Virus record (IMG/VR): IMGVR_UViG_3300032053_000034
Span: 1 to 64,000 of that record
Direction: 5' to 3' (one strand)
From: a virus
Length of the DNA: 64,000 nt
The notes below the pieces were generated by a model that worked only from the letters and a program-made list of their open reading frames with translations, had not been told where the DNA came from and searched no databases. The position numbers and the translations under genes were made by a program. This document shows, in pieces, positions 27,890 to 41,300 of the stretch. Within the stretch, counting starts at the first letter, position 1; each line of letters starts with the position of its first letter.

Positions 27890-29967
27890 TGAAAATTGAT
27901 AAATCCATATACAAAAAAGACCCAAAAATCAAGAAGATGGAATGGGGTACTCAGGGTTATGACAATTCTTATGTAATTGACCCTAACAAGTCTGATGTAA
28001 ATAATCAGGCTGCCAAAAGAAATTTTGAACTTACTAATAAAAACCAAGACAACACCACTAATGTTAAAACAGGCGTTAGTGCAGTTGGTACTGGTGTTGG
28101 TGCAGTTGTTCCTTGGCTTGGTGCTGTTATTCATGGAGCAAATGCAATGGACTCTGTTGGTAGAAAAATTCCTGGAGCAACGGATGAAAGAGGTTACGCA
28201 AACAGAAAGTCATTTTCTGGGAAAGTTGGTACAGCATTTTCTCCCATAGAGCACATTAAGAATTTATCAAGCGGTAATGCTAATGATACTTTTACTGGAG
28301 CAATGGGTCTTGTTGGTGGCGGAGGGATGAGCATGGGTTATCAAATGCTTGGTGGTGATAAGCTTACTCAGAAAATGTTTGGAAAGTCTTCTGCAGATAA
28401 AGCAAAAGATGAATATGACCAACAAATGAAAATGCAAGGTCAGCTGCAAAACTTCATGTACCAAAAGGTAGATGATAATTATGCTATGGCTAAGAAAAAT
28501 AGAGAAGAGAAACAAATTGCAACCTGGGGTAGACAGAATACTAGTAGTGGTCCAGTGATTGCAAAAACTGGAATGAAAGGGTATAAATGTAAAAATGGTT
28601 CTTCATCAATTAAACCAAAGTCATTTGGTGTTATTGAGATAGAAGGTAAGAACGGTATTGGGGAAATCCACACTGATGAAACCATGAGACAAGTTAAGGC
28701 TATTGGTGTAGCGCCACATTATGCAGGAGGAACTAAATCTATTGCCAAAGAGGGAGATGTGGTTTTCAATACCCAAGGTAAGCCACAGAAGTATAAGAAA
28801 ATTATCACTGCAATTGCAGAGGGAGATCAGGAGACGCTTGAAAGAGAAAGAAAGAAAATCCCTGGAGACTCTGGAGAGAAAATGAAAAAAGGAACTGATA
28901 AATTTGTTCTTGACAAGAAAGGGTATAGATCTACTGTAGATAAACACGGACACACTTATGTAAAAACTCCAGAAGGAAAGTATCTATACAAACCAAAAGG
29001 TGCTAATGATTTTAGAGAAGAAAAAACTTCAAAATCAATAAACAGTATTGATGCGATGGAGTCCAGGTTTAAAGGTGGGAAGATATCCTCACCAACAAGT
29101 ATTCCAAGCGCTTCTGGTAATTCAGTAAAGAAGAGTGAATTTAATGTAAGTGCAAATGAAGATATTATCTATGATAACTCTCAAGGTAAAACCAAAGATG
29201 AAATAGATGATATGAGAACCAATGATGAAAGAGCTTCTGCTAAAATGGATTTTGATGCAGATAAAGTTTCTGAATGGAGTGATGAAAAAAGAGGAAAAGC
29301 AGTTTATCATGGTACTCAAAAAGGCGGAAAGTCAAATAAACCTGGTTATAAATTTGATAATCAAAAAATAAAAGATTTAGTTGGTGCAGGTGCGGAAGTA
29401 GTTCCTATCTTGCATAACCTAACACAAAAGCCTGTAATGCCAAATGAGAGAGGTAAACTATATTCAAGAATGAACAAGTTTATTTCCACTAAGCCGTTAG
29501 AGGATGCGGTTACTGCAGATACTTATGCGGCAAATAAGCATAATGCAGTTGAGATGAGTGGCGGTAATGCTTCCAATGCTAGAGCTAATGCTATTGCTGC
29601 AAATGAAACTGCAAGAATGCAAAGAGCTGGTACTATTGCCAATGATAACCAAAGATACTCTGAAATTCAAAATGCAAACAATGCATTAAGAAATCAAGAT
29701 GCAGCATTTAATTATGAACAAGACTTTCTTAATCAAAGAGAGAAGTATCAGGTTAGATCACAAAAACAAGAGCAAATCACAAAGGCCATGTCTCAGATTG
29801 GAGAGCTTGGAGCAAGAAGCAAGGAGAGAGTTGCTCAGCAAAACTTTAATAAGGAATATTTGGATGCCGTCAAGGAGGGTTATGATGTTAAAGGGTTAAA
29901 TCAAAGTTTAGCACCAAAAGAAAAAGGTGGTAATAAGTCTGTTAGATTTGGTTATAAAAAGAAATAG
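27889..29967 (+). CDS. Cargo/ejected internal virion protein
   Basis: Gly-rich amphipathic/hydrophobic segments, EIEG...E...G..H..GG motif, coiled C-terminus; position after muzzle. Confidence 0.7.
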   Translation: MKIDKSIYKKDPKIKKMEWGTQGYDNSYVIDPNKSDVNNQAAKRNFELTNKNQDNTTNVKTGVSAVGTGVGAVVPWLGAVIHGANAMDSVGRKIPGATDERGYANRKSFSGKVGTAFSPIEHIKNLSSGNANDTFTGAMGLVGGGGMSMGYQMLGGDKLTQKMFGKSSADKAKDEYDQQMKMQGQLQNFMYQKVDDNYAMAKKNREEKQIATWGRQNTSSGPVIAKTGMKGYKCKNGSSSIKPKSFGVIEIEGKNGIGEIHTDETMRQVKAIGVAPHYAGGTKSIAKEGDVVFNTQGKPQKYKKIITAIAEGDQETLERERKKIPGDSGEKMKKGTDKFVLDKKGYRSTVDKHGHTYVKTPEGKYLYKPKGANDFREEKTSKSINSIDAMESRFKGGKISSPTSIPSASGNSVKKSEFNVSANEDIIYDNSQGKTKDEIDDMRTNDERASAKMDFDADKVSEWSDEKRGKAVYHGTQKGGKSNKPGYKFDNQKIKDLVGAGAEVVPILHNLTQKPVMPNERGKLYSRMNKFISTKPLEDAVTADTYAANKHNAVEMSGGNASNARANAIAANETARMQRAGTIANDNQRYSEIQNANNALRNQDAAFNYEQDFLNQREKYQVRSQKQEQITKAMSQIGELGARSKERVAQQNFNKEYLDAVKEGYDVKGLNQSLAPKEKGGNKSVRFGYKKK

Positions 29968-29970
29968 GTC

Positions 29971-32277
29971 ATGGGAGTTTATCTAAATAGTACACCTGCT
30001 GAATTAACACTAGCAAAAGATCTTGATAAAAGACCACTTGAAGCTATTGGTGAATTATATAAAAAGAAGTATGCTGAGAGGGCTGCTGAAATTGCTGAAA
30101 TAAAAAAGAATGAAGAACTTCTTGGTAAGAAACTGAATAATGTTTATAACATTATGAATGTGGGTGAAAAGGCTGTCAAGAAGGAATACAATGATACTCC
30201 TGTAAATGAAAAGATCAGAGAAGCCAGAGCAAAGATTGAGGATGTAAGAGCAAGGATTGGAGAGGAACTTGGTAAAAATCCAAGTGCTAATATTGATCAT
30301 CTTGTGGCAGAACTTAATGGTTATGCTCCAGAGATAAGAGCAGTCTCAAAAGAGATTGACAATCAGAATGCCTATGTTAAAAGCCTTGACAAGTCTCTTG
30401 CTGAACATAAGGGAGAGGTTGCCGGTAACTTCATGGGTATTAATAATAATACAATAGAGCTTTTAAAAAACCCTAACGCGTTTACCTCTGAAAATATTGC
30501 ACCTCCATCAAGAGATGACATTAAGGTTAGAGAGATATTGTTCAATGCAGCAAAGAATTTCAATGACATAAAAGGAAATTCTTATGACAAAAGCATTGAT
30601 TACAATACTCTTGGAGCCTTGTCAAAAGCAATAATGACAGAAAGAAACTGGGAAGGTCTTGGTCCTGATAAAACTAAAGCATATCTCAAAGAGTTTGCCA
30701 AAGTTGATCCACAGGTTAAACAGTATCTTGATGACCAAGCACAAGCACAGCATGAAGGTAATATGTGGGAGATGTCAAAAAGCCCAGAAGGAATTATGGC
30801 AATGCATGCTCCGCTTACCCATGATGACATAAAAGATTTGCCTGTAGAAGATGTTTATCAAAGAGCGCCTGATGGATCTTTTATTGATAAAGATGGTGGT
30901 TCTTACATAAATAAGAATGACTTCTATAAAACAAATAGTAACGGCAAAAGATATTTTGATAAAGAAGCATATTGGGAAAATATAAGAAAGGAAGGTAAGG
31001 TTAAGCCTACGTTATCAAGAGAAGAAGTTATGTATAAAAAGACAAAGAAAAATGTCATGGGCATAACCAATTCTGTTGGTAGTGAATTTCAGCAAAGTCA
31101 AGAAGCAAAGAGAACACTTATTGATTTTCCAAAACCTCCAGCAACTGGAAAAGATAGTGGTTCAGATGATCCCAACTCTGCTCTTACTTCTTTCATTCCT
31201 GGAGACATGCCCTATATTCCTGAGTCACAAAAAACTCAAGGGTTTACCATTGCAGAAGGAGGGAATCTTAGAACTATTGGTGGATATTATGAAAATGGAA
31301 AATCACTTTCAGCTTCTGATATTGCGGCAAAGGTTGATACCGACCCAAGGATAACAGCGCTTAAGCTTAGTTCAGAAAACCTATCAATACTTAAATCTAA
31401 AATTCTTGAAAGATACAATCCTATTAGACAAAATGGAAAAGGCTCTTTCTCAAATCTAATAGCGACTAGTATTGGAAATCCATTAGGACTTATAAATGAT
31501 TCTGCAAGTATGGGTAATCTTGCAGATGAATTTCTTGAAAAGCACTTGTCAAGTGGTGCAGATATGATTCCTGCTGATGCTTATAAAATATTACCTATTG
31601 AACAAAAGGATGCTGTTAATGACAGGATGTTTGAGCTAAAAGAAGCATACAAAAAACAAAAGGTCAATAAGTCAAATGATCAACTTCTTCAAGAAGCAGT
31701 GCCTTATGTTGCTAATAAGGCAAATCAAGTTCCAGCATCTTTATATGGTAAAGCTACAAGCAAGTTGTTACCTGCAATTAAAAAATCTCTTCTTAATCAA
31801 AGGTTATATAAAACCAGAGGAGCTGATGGACAAGAATTACAAGTAGTCCCTGGAGAAAGTTTAAGCTTTGAGGATGGTAGAATAACTGTTATTGAATCTT
31901 CAAAGCCAGACTATGTTACAATCATTACTGATGTTGTTGGTGATGATGGTAAAATAATTGAAGGCAAAGAAGGCGTTGCTGTTGATTTAAAAATACAAAC
32001 AGACCCAACAGATATTAGTGGACGCGGAGCTCAACAAGCATTGAATGCCATAAATACATTATCTTTATTTTCTAACTCAGCAAATGGGCAAAGAGTATTA
32101 TATCCTGTTAACATAGGAGGGAAAATATTAATGAGAAATGTGTCTATTTCGGGTAGTAACATGTATCTTCTTAATGATGATGGTACTAGGGTTATGGAGA
32201 ATGGCAAACCAAAACTACTATTAACAAAAAATGAAGCTCTAAGAAACTACATGGATCTTCAGGATGCTGTAAAATAA
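29971..32277 (+). CDS. Cargo/ejected internal virion protein
   Basis: Helical N-terminus; located between cargo and RNAP genes. Confidence 0.65.
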   Translation: MGVYLNSTPAELTLAKDLDKRPLEAIGELYKKKYAERAAEIAEIKKNEELLGKKLNNVYNIMNVGEKAVKKEYNDTPVNEKIREARAKIEDVRARIGEELGKNPSANIDHLVAELNGYAPEIRAVSKEIDNQNAYVKSLDKSLAEHKGEVAGNFMGINNNTIELLKNPNAFTSENIAPPSRDDIKVREILFNAAKNFNDIKGNSYDKSIDYNTLGALSKAIMTERNWEGLGPDKTKAYLKEFAKVDPQVKQYLDDQAQAQHEGNMWEMSKSPEGIMAMHAPLTHDDIKDLPVEDVYQRAPDGSFIDKDGGSYINKNDFYKTNSNGKRYFDKEAYWENIRKEGKVKPTLSREEVMYKKTKKNVMGITNSVGSEFQQSQEAKRTLIDFPKPPATGKDSGSDDPNSALTSFIPGDMPYIPESQKTQGFTIAEGGNLRTIGGYYENGKSLSASDIAAKVDTDPRITALKLSSENLSILKSKILERYNPIRQNGKGSFSNLIATSIGNPLGLINDSASMGNLADEFLEKHLSSGADMIPADAYKILPIEQKDAVNDRMFELKEAYKKQKVNKSNDQLLQEAVPYVANKANQVPASLYGKATSKLLPAIKKSLLNQRLYKTRGADGQELQVVPGESLSFEDGRITVIESSKPDYVTIITDVVGDDGKIIEGKEGVAVDLKIQTDPTDISGRGAQQALNAINTLSLFSNSANGQRVLYPVNIGGKILMRNVSISGSNMYLLNDDGTRVMENGKPKLLLTKNEALRNYMDLQDAVK

Positions 32278-32300
32278 ATTAAAAGAAAAAACACAAGATC

Positions 32301-35300
32301 ATGAGTGGTAAAACTAAAGAGCAAGAAAGTAAAGAGAGAATGGAAGCAGCAAAACAAGCAGATGCTTCATATAGGCCTACTTTAGATGAAGGTACAAGTG
32401 TTTCTCTTGAAATTGACCCAGATCAAAATAAACTTAATGCACATGAAACAGATGATATGCGCCAGCAAAGACTGTTTGATGAACAGTCTACTGGTGAAGC
32501 TCTTTTGATTGGTGCTGAGAACTTTGGTATTAATGCTGTGTCTTCTTTTATTGGTAATACTGCAGGCGTTGTTGCTGGTGTTCATAATGCTATGACATCT
32601 GGTGATGCCACCATGAATCCTTTGAGTGAAGAGAATATTGATGAGTTTATAAATAACCCAATAAACAAGTATCTTGCTGAGTTTTCTGAAAACTTCAATA
32701 AGGATAATCCAGTGTATTCTGATCCAGGTAATTCAACATTGTTTGATGATGTTGCTAGTGCTAAGTTTTTCTCTGATGTAATTGGAAGTGCTGGTTATAC
32801 TGCTGGAGGAATGGCCTCTGCCCTTACTGTTGGCAAACTTGGTAGTGCCGCAAGACAAGGACTTCTTAAGAGTGCTGTTACCGGTTCTACAAAAGAATTT
32901 GATGAGTTTTTAAAGTCTGGTATTGCTGATCCATTAATTAGGGAGAATGTAAAAAAGGCTGTAATCAATAATACTTTTAAAGGAGCAACCTCTCTTACCG
33001 GGGCAGCTATGGGTAGAGCTTATGAATCTTCAATAGAAGCTTCACAAGCTGGTAAAGAAGCTAGTGCTAGAATGGCAGAATCTTTAAAAGATAGAAAGGA
33101 CCTGTCTACTGAAGAAAAGTCTAGGATGACTGAACAAGCAAAAAATAGTGCTCAAGTAACATCATTTAGTTTGAATATGATGCTTGGGTATTCTGATATG
33201 ACTCAATCTGCAAAGATGTTTAATACCTTTGGTGATGGAGTTGAGAATGTTAGTAAGTGGTGGAAGGAAGGACTTAATCAATTTATTCAAGAAGGAGGAG
33301 AAGAGTATGCTCAGAATAGAATCCAAAAGATTGCTGTAGATAATGAGTTTACTTCTGGAACCTCTAACAAAATACTTAAATCATTCTCTACACTTGTTGA
33401 GGGTGTTGGAGATAGAGAAGCGCAACTTGCTGCATTATCTGGTGGACTTTCTGGAGCCCCAATGGGGATCTATGCCGGTGCTAAGAATTATGATAAACAA
33501 CAAAAGATTGAACTTGAAAACAAAGAACTCTATGCTAAGTTGTCTTCTCAGTTAAAACCAAATGAGAAAATACAGCTTGACAAGAACTTAAAGTATGCAG
33601 AGCTTGAAGAGCAAAAGAATAATGGAAGAGTTGTTCTTTCTGCATTAAACAACCTTGGTCAAGTTTCTGAAGAACAATCTTCTGTTAAGATACCAAACTC
33701 TGAACACACTCTTGGATCACTAAAAGAACTTAGTATAGAGGACACAGTCAAATATGCTTATGAATCAGAAAAGCTTAAAAAAGAACTAGAGATTAGTATT
33801 AGAAGTGCAAGCAATGCTCAGTTATCAGAAACTGTATTTGCAGCAATTGATAGTGGCAATCTTGAAAACTTAAAACTAGAATTGGAGGCCATCTCTAAAT
33901 CTTCTAATGAGGAGATCTCTAAAGTTATTGGAGAAGAAGTGACCAATGATAATAAGGACAAAAAACTAAAAGCCATGTCAGCCAAAATTGACAAAGCTGA
34001 AAAAATATACAACTCTATTAAGAATAATATTGCCGGTGCTTCTCCACAACAACAAAGAGAAGCTGGAATGATTGCAACAAACTTGGAGTTTCTTTCTACC
34101 ATGAGAATGAAAGAACTTCATTCAAATCCATCAAGCCTGGACTTAAGTACTATTGGTATTGATACCACTCTTGCTGAATTTCAAGACAAGTTTAATGAGG
34201 ACTTTCTTGCAATCAAGGATAGAAATACATTCTCAAGAAAGGATATTGAAGACTCTGAGGAGGGAAGCCCACTTGCTGCTTTCAAAAAAAGAGTAGAAAA
34301 TAATCCAAATAAAGAGACCTTTAGAGACAATGTTAAGATTGCTTTAGAGCAAGATGAACTAAGTAAGAAGTCTTTCATGGCCAATGTTATTAAGGCTGTT
34401 GATAAGCACTTTGGTCCTGGAAAACAAAAAGAAAAGGCAGAGGAAGTTGCTACCTATACAGCCAATCTTTATATTCATGACAAGCTTACCAAAGAAATAA
34501 ACAACCAGAGAGTTGAGTATCAGAAATCAATGAATGCTCTTGTCTGGAATAAGCAAAAGGCAGCACAGGAAAAGAAAGATGCAGCGCAGGTTAAGTCTAT
34601 TAAAAAAGATATTGCCAAACAGCCAAAAACTGTTGATGAAATATTGGAAGACTATAGTTTATCTGAAGCGCCTTCTGAAGTTAAAACTCCAAGACTTGCT
34701 GCAGCATTTGAGACATTCTTCAATCTTAATAAAGACAGAACAAATTCTTTTGGTGTTAACTTTGAGACTAAAGGAATATTATCTGCAGTAATTGATGACA
34801 TAGCAAAAGCATACAAGGAAAGTGCTGGTGATAATTCAATGACTGGATCTATTCTATTGCAAAAGGTTATTGAGAAGGCAAATCTTGTTGACGGGAATAA
34901 CTACTGGAAAACGCAAATATCCCCAGAAAGCACAGTAGCTGCTGAGGCAATGCTAAGTACTCTTGGTGATAGACAGCAGAGGCTTGCTAATCCAAAGCCT
35001 TCAGATGGCATAGGTGTTACTCCTATGGATTTATATATCTATGCTGAACAAAACAAGAATAATAGAAACTCTGTACTTGGGGCCGTTGAGAAAGCAGAAA
35101 ATGCTACCTATGTAGAAGTTAAAAATGCAAGAGAAAGACTTGTGCGCTTGAGAAATAAGATTTCCAAGAAGGTAATCATCAGTGAAAAAGGATTAGTTTG
35201 GAAAGATGGACAGTATGTTCCCGCGGTAATTTCTGGATCATACCCAATCTCTCCTTCACAACTGATCACACAAGATGTGAAAGATAGATATGTTCAAGAA

Positions 35301-38300
35301 ATTAATGAAGCACTAAGAGGCCTAAAAAATATTGAATCTCCTGAAGTTATTGATGAGCAGGCAATAAAAGCAGTTCAGTTTGTTATAGAAACTTTTGATG
35401 CTCATCCAGGCACTGTAGATAATCCAAAACCTGACCAGGATGAGATTAAACTTGCCATAGCTGAGTATGAAAATATGCTCTTAACCGGCAAGAAATCTGC
35501 AGGAGCTGGAGACTTTTTCTTTGAGAAAATTGATGGACAGAAGAAAGAGGTTAGTAAAATATCATTGCCGGTATATAGAGATGGAAATACTGGAGTTTCT
35601 AAGGATTTATACTTTGATAAAGCTGATCCAATGGTTGCTCTTGTATATGTGAAAGATGACAAAAAACATACTTTATCTTTTAACAGAACAAAATACTATA
35701 CCTCTCCAGATAAAGGACAATCTATCACAAGTCCTGAAATGGATAGCCTGCTGGTACTTTTTAAAGATACCAATGCTATTGCTTTGGCTGATGCCATGGA
35801 TCTTTCAGTTGCTAGGAATTTTAAATACAACTATGCAAATGAATCTCTTGGAAACCAAACTAAAACATTGGCAGAACTTCCAGGTAAATTCTTTGTTGGT
35901 GGAGTGCCTACTGTAACTGCAGGGACTATTGTGCAGAATGATGGTAATGTAATCTTTGTTAATCCTATAGCGCCTCTTATTGGTAGTAATGGAAAAACAT
36001 ATAATATCCCAGTACAGAGTACACAGCTTGACATTTCAACTGTAAAAGAATTGTCAAAACTTGTAGCTGGAGTAACTGGTCACTCACAGATAAATAGATT
36101 AAGAGCTATTGTAGAATCAATCTATGTGAAAGGATTGACTACTGAAAATATGAATGGTGATATTCTTGAGCAATTAAAGAATGCGGCATTTGTTGGACAA
36201 ATGGTATCTCAGTTTGTAAATAAAAACTCAAAAGGATTTAGATATGATGTAGCTATTCTTAGTGCAGTCAATGAAATGGCTGCTGAGAATCCAGACTTCT
36301 TTGTTTCTCAAGAAAGCGGAAACAAGCTTATTAAGCAATTAGAAAATGACGTAACTCAAGCTACTGATCAAATTCAAGAGCAACTTAACAAAACATTCTT
36401 CAACCCTTTCATTAAGAAAGAATATATTAATGAAATGATTAAAGAGGCCTATGGAAAAGTTAAGACCCAGATTGATGAGATATTTCCTAATCTTGAAGGT
36501 GTGCATCTTGGTATAAATGTTGCCCAAGAAAAAGACTCTGATAATGCCACAGCAAAACTTGTTGTTATACCATATTCTCTTGATAAAAACAGGACATTCC
36601 TTGAAGGTGAAGGAGAGCAAGAGACAAGTAATATCCAATACTACTCAAGTACTATTGACGGTCAGAAATGGATTCAGGCAGAGTACTTTCTTGATGCTAC
36701 TGTGGGTGACCCAACATCTAAGAAGGTTACTGGACTTGAGGCAGAGGGAGGGGATGTTGTATCTGGAGATACTATTCTTTCTTATCTGAACAAGAATGGT
36801 ATGCTCAGAAATGCCGTCTTCCTTAATGTAGAAGCAAGTCAAAATCCAAGTAGGGACATGATTGCCAATGCAGTTTCAAAGGTAATGTCACCTGTGGACA
36901 TTAATAGTCCAATTGCCGGCAAGCTTAGGGGTAAGATTAAAGTTAAATCTGACTTTAATCAACCTGTTGATAGCGCTATTGCAACTGGAGAGGTTGATAA
37001 AGAAAAATCACCAGAACAATCTGCTGCCGAGGAAGACCTTGAGGATCTTCTCTCTAGTATGATGAAAGTTGATACTGGCTCAAATAAGCTTAGGGATAAA
37101 AAAAATCTATCCAAAGCTAGAAGATGGGTTTCAAGAAATCTTCCTGCTGGGATCACTATGAAGGACTTTGATGGCTTTACACAAAGAGCATATAGTCAAA
37201 AGGGGGTTCTTGGTCAGTACATTGATAATATGATTCTACTTAGTAATGAAGCAGGAGGTTCTGTAGTGTACCATGAGGCATTCCATGCAGTTCTTAATGC
37301 TCTTATACCACAAGCAGAGAGATCTCACTTCCTAGCCATAGCTGAGGATGAAATTGGCCCAATTAAACAAGTAGATTTATCTGAATTTAGGAGTCAACAT
37401 GAATCAAGAAAGAATTTAAGTTTTGAAAGACTTAAGGATTTATATCTTGAAGAATATATGGCAGATCAGTTTGCTGAATATAAAATGACTAATGATGCAA
37501 AACCTTGGTGGAAACAACTTTGGGACGGTATAATTGAATGGTTGGGTTTTGCAAAGGTGAGTGGGTCTCAGATTAAAAACTTGTTCTATAAAATAGATAC
37601 AGGCCAATTTGCAAAGTCTTCAATTATAAGTAGTAATAGTAACGCGCTTCTATTTAAAGTAATCAATAAGGATGATGGTTCTCAAATACCAGTATCTGAG
37701 TCTGATGATATTATTAAAGGCTTTGCATCATATTTTCAATATACAAAAGGATTAACATCGAAGACCGCCTCTAGTTTTTTTAAACCAGAAAATAGAGATG
37801 CAATCAGAGAATCTCTTGTTGAGTTTCTTGATGCACATGAAGAGGTGTTTGAGAGTGCTAAACAAAAAAGAAACAGCCTACCAGATACTGCAGCATTTGA
37901 TATAAATGTGTTTAATGATTTAACATCAAGGGCTAGTACAATTGAGAATATTGATACATCTTCTGTAAATGGAATCATTGATTTAATGATCAAAGAGAAA
38001 AGCTCAATATTTGATATTACAAGTGTTGATATTAATCCTATAGATGAAATTAATGAGGCAGAAAAAGCTACACTCAATGACTTTGATGCATCTGCAGGTG
38101 AGTTCTCTATAACACCAGAGACTATTGCTGTTAAGCGATTATTCTCAAATATGCCAATAGAGGATTCTGTCATGAAAAGCGGATTAAATTCTCTTGACAT
38201 TTCTGATAATGCCAAAAAACTTATAAACAATAATATCCTGTTTGCAAGGTTTAATAATGGAGATGCCATGTATGCTCAGGCAATGTCTACACTATCTGAC

Positions 38301-41300
38301 TCTAGCACATTTGAAGAGTATCTTAGCAAACTTGATGCTATGGTTAGTTATCCTGAATGGACATCAATCAAGGATAAAATTAGAAAGGTAAATGGAGAAC
38401 CAACAAACTTTGCACACTTACTTAGAAAGGCAACAAACTACTACTATGTAGATAGTTCATTTGTTAAGGAGGGTGCAAAAACATCTGTAAGCACTACAGG
38501 TTTAGGTTCTAGGGCCCTTACATCTGCAACTATAGATATTCAACAGAAAATTAATGGTGGACTTTCTGTGCAAAAATTAATAGACTCTGTTGGTAATATT
38601 GGGAAAATACTTCCATTAATGAGAAGTGGCTCCCCAAAGGCTTCTGAATCATTTAATAACAACAGAAAAACACTATCAAATAATATTAGGAATATAGGGA
38701 TAACTATAGATCCAGGATTAATATCTTTTCTTGCGGCAAGCTATACCAATAATGAAGTTCTTGATGAAAAGAACAATATTATTGATGCACTAGAAAGATA
38801 CATAACAAGTATTACATCTAAATATGCCGAAGATCCAGAAAGCATTACCGGTAAAAAAGTTGTTTCTCAAATTACTATTCTTCCTGGAATTAAAAAACCA
38901 TTTGAAGACCTTGTTAAAATTACAGCAAGATATAATACTGCGGCACCATTAGTGTCTATTGATAGATTTGCCGGTAAGTCTATTTGGAACTATGTAAGAA
39001 ATAATCACATAGTTTCAAGAGCAAAAGCCATTAACAATGCCAATGACATTTCTGATTTAACAGATACAAAAGCAACTATTGCCTATGCTCCATATTTGAG
39101 AGATGTAGACTTGTTAAAACAAGGGAATAAAAATGAAGATGTAACTGGATCTATTGATAAGGACAGAGTTAGTTTGCATGTATTTAGAGGTTCAGAGAAA
39201 GAGGATGGCAATGATTTGGCATTTAAAGAAATGTCACCTGCAGATATTCTTGAAGCGCAGATTAATATGTTCTTCCATGCGGGAGGGACTAAAAGATTCT
39301 TCATGCCTTATGTAATTGAAAGAAAGAATACTCAATATGTGTATGGTGTTGAGTCTCCATATATTACTCTGGATGATTTTGGTACTGCTAGTAGTACTTT
39401 ATTTGAAGACACTTCAAGTGAAGATTCTGACTTTGATTATAAAGTGTCCAACACAACAATTGATATTTACTATCAAATGTTCATGGCAAATATTGACCAG
39501 GCAATAGAGAATAAGGATAACAAGGAAGAGTTTTATACTTACAGAAATGAACTTCAAAACATTATAAAATACCTAGAGCCATTTAAAGAGGACTTTATAA
39601 AAGACAAGGACAAGGCTCATAAGATGTATGAAAGTAATATTAGAGGTGTTATAAATACTAATCTAAGGAAGGCTTTCAGTGATTTCTTTGTTATGCTTCA
39701 GGATGAAGGTATTGTGAGGATTAATAACCAAACAAAACCTAGCGCTGGAGAGAATAATCCTATTCCCAGATACCTTCCAACAGAAGTAACATCTCTTAAT
39801 GAAATGACTTCTTTTGATAAGAAAGGAAACCACAAGGAGGCTATTAAGGATTATTTATCATTCTTCTTAGAGTCTATGATTGCCAATCAATCATTAGATC
39901 ATATTACTATGGGTGATGATAGACAGTGGAATGAATACAATACCAAAAGAAGTGCTGAGGATAACTCAGCTGCTGCTAAAATTAACAAGTCTAAAAGGAT
40001 GGCTGGTGCTGCAGCCTCATATTCTGGTATGGACATGTATGGTCAGTATAAATATTCTTTTGGTAAGAAGATAAAAATGTCTGAGTCTGAGCAAATGTCT
40101 TTTACTGCTCTTAAGATTTCAGATACTTTTTCTTATGTAAAAGGAGCAGAAACCTTTAAGGATGTTTCTGGGAATATGGAATTTACAGGGCCAAATCCAG
40201 AGGATAAAAAAGCTGTTGCCGCGTTTAAAGCATTCCAAGATAAAATGAGTGCTGAAGGATATTCTGAAGTGGCCATTACTGATGGTCAAGCATATCAGGA
40301 TATTAATAGACTTAGAAACTGGATGATTTCAGATAACAAGATTAGAAATGAGAAAGATGAAAAACTCATTGATAAAATTGCTATGGATAATGAAGAGCTC
40401 TCCAAGCCTGACTGGGAGTATATTCTTAAGAATACAAATGTACACCTGAATAGTATCAAAGATATTTACTATGATGGAGATACATATCTTAAAGAGTCAA
40501 CAACCTTGCTTCTTAGACAGATTACTTCAGTAAAAGAAACAGCTGGTATTATTAAAGATTCCCTTGAGGCTATGTATGCAAAATCAGGCAACCTTCAGAG
40601 AGAGTTTAATTTTAATGGAAGAGATTATGTTAAGGATTCAGCAAATGGACACTGGTATTATAGTGCTCCTAAGGAGTTCATGGGTGCAATTCTTGATACA
40701 AGAAAATTACATGAGAGGTTAAATCAAATGCAAAGAATGGGTGCTACACACATGTTTCATGAATCTTGCGAGAAGCACAAGATGAGTAAACCTGGTGGAG
40801 TATTTGTTCTTAGTAATGATAAGCATGGTAAGCAGCAAGAAACACCATCTGGACATGACCATGTAGTTGATGGAACACAGCTCCAGTCTCTTATTATGGC
40901 TGCAATTTCAGACACTGATATGATTGATGGCAAGTCTGCAAAACATACAAAAGCAGAGATTCTTGCAGCGCAAGTTGCTATTAGGGAGATTAGTTTTGAT
41001 AAGGTGTTTTCTGACATTCTTCTTAAGTCTAAGAATAAGGAGGACAAATTAAACATAAGAAAGCTTTATGCAAAAATTAAACAAGCAAACCTCTCTACTG
41101 GTAAGGATGTAATTGCTCAGTTATTTGATAAAGTTGGTGATGAATATGTTCCAAAATCAATGAACATAGTCTCAAGATCACTTAGAGATTCTATTATTTC
41201 TATCATAAACAATAAGGTGCTCAAGCAAAGTGTATTTGGTGATAAATTCTATTGCGTATCTGCTTATGGCTTTGAAGTGATAGATGAAAAAACTAATAAA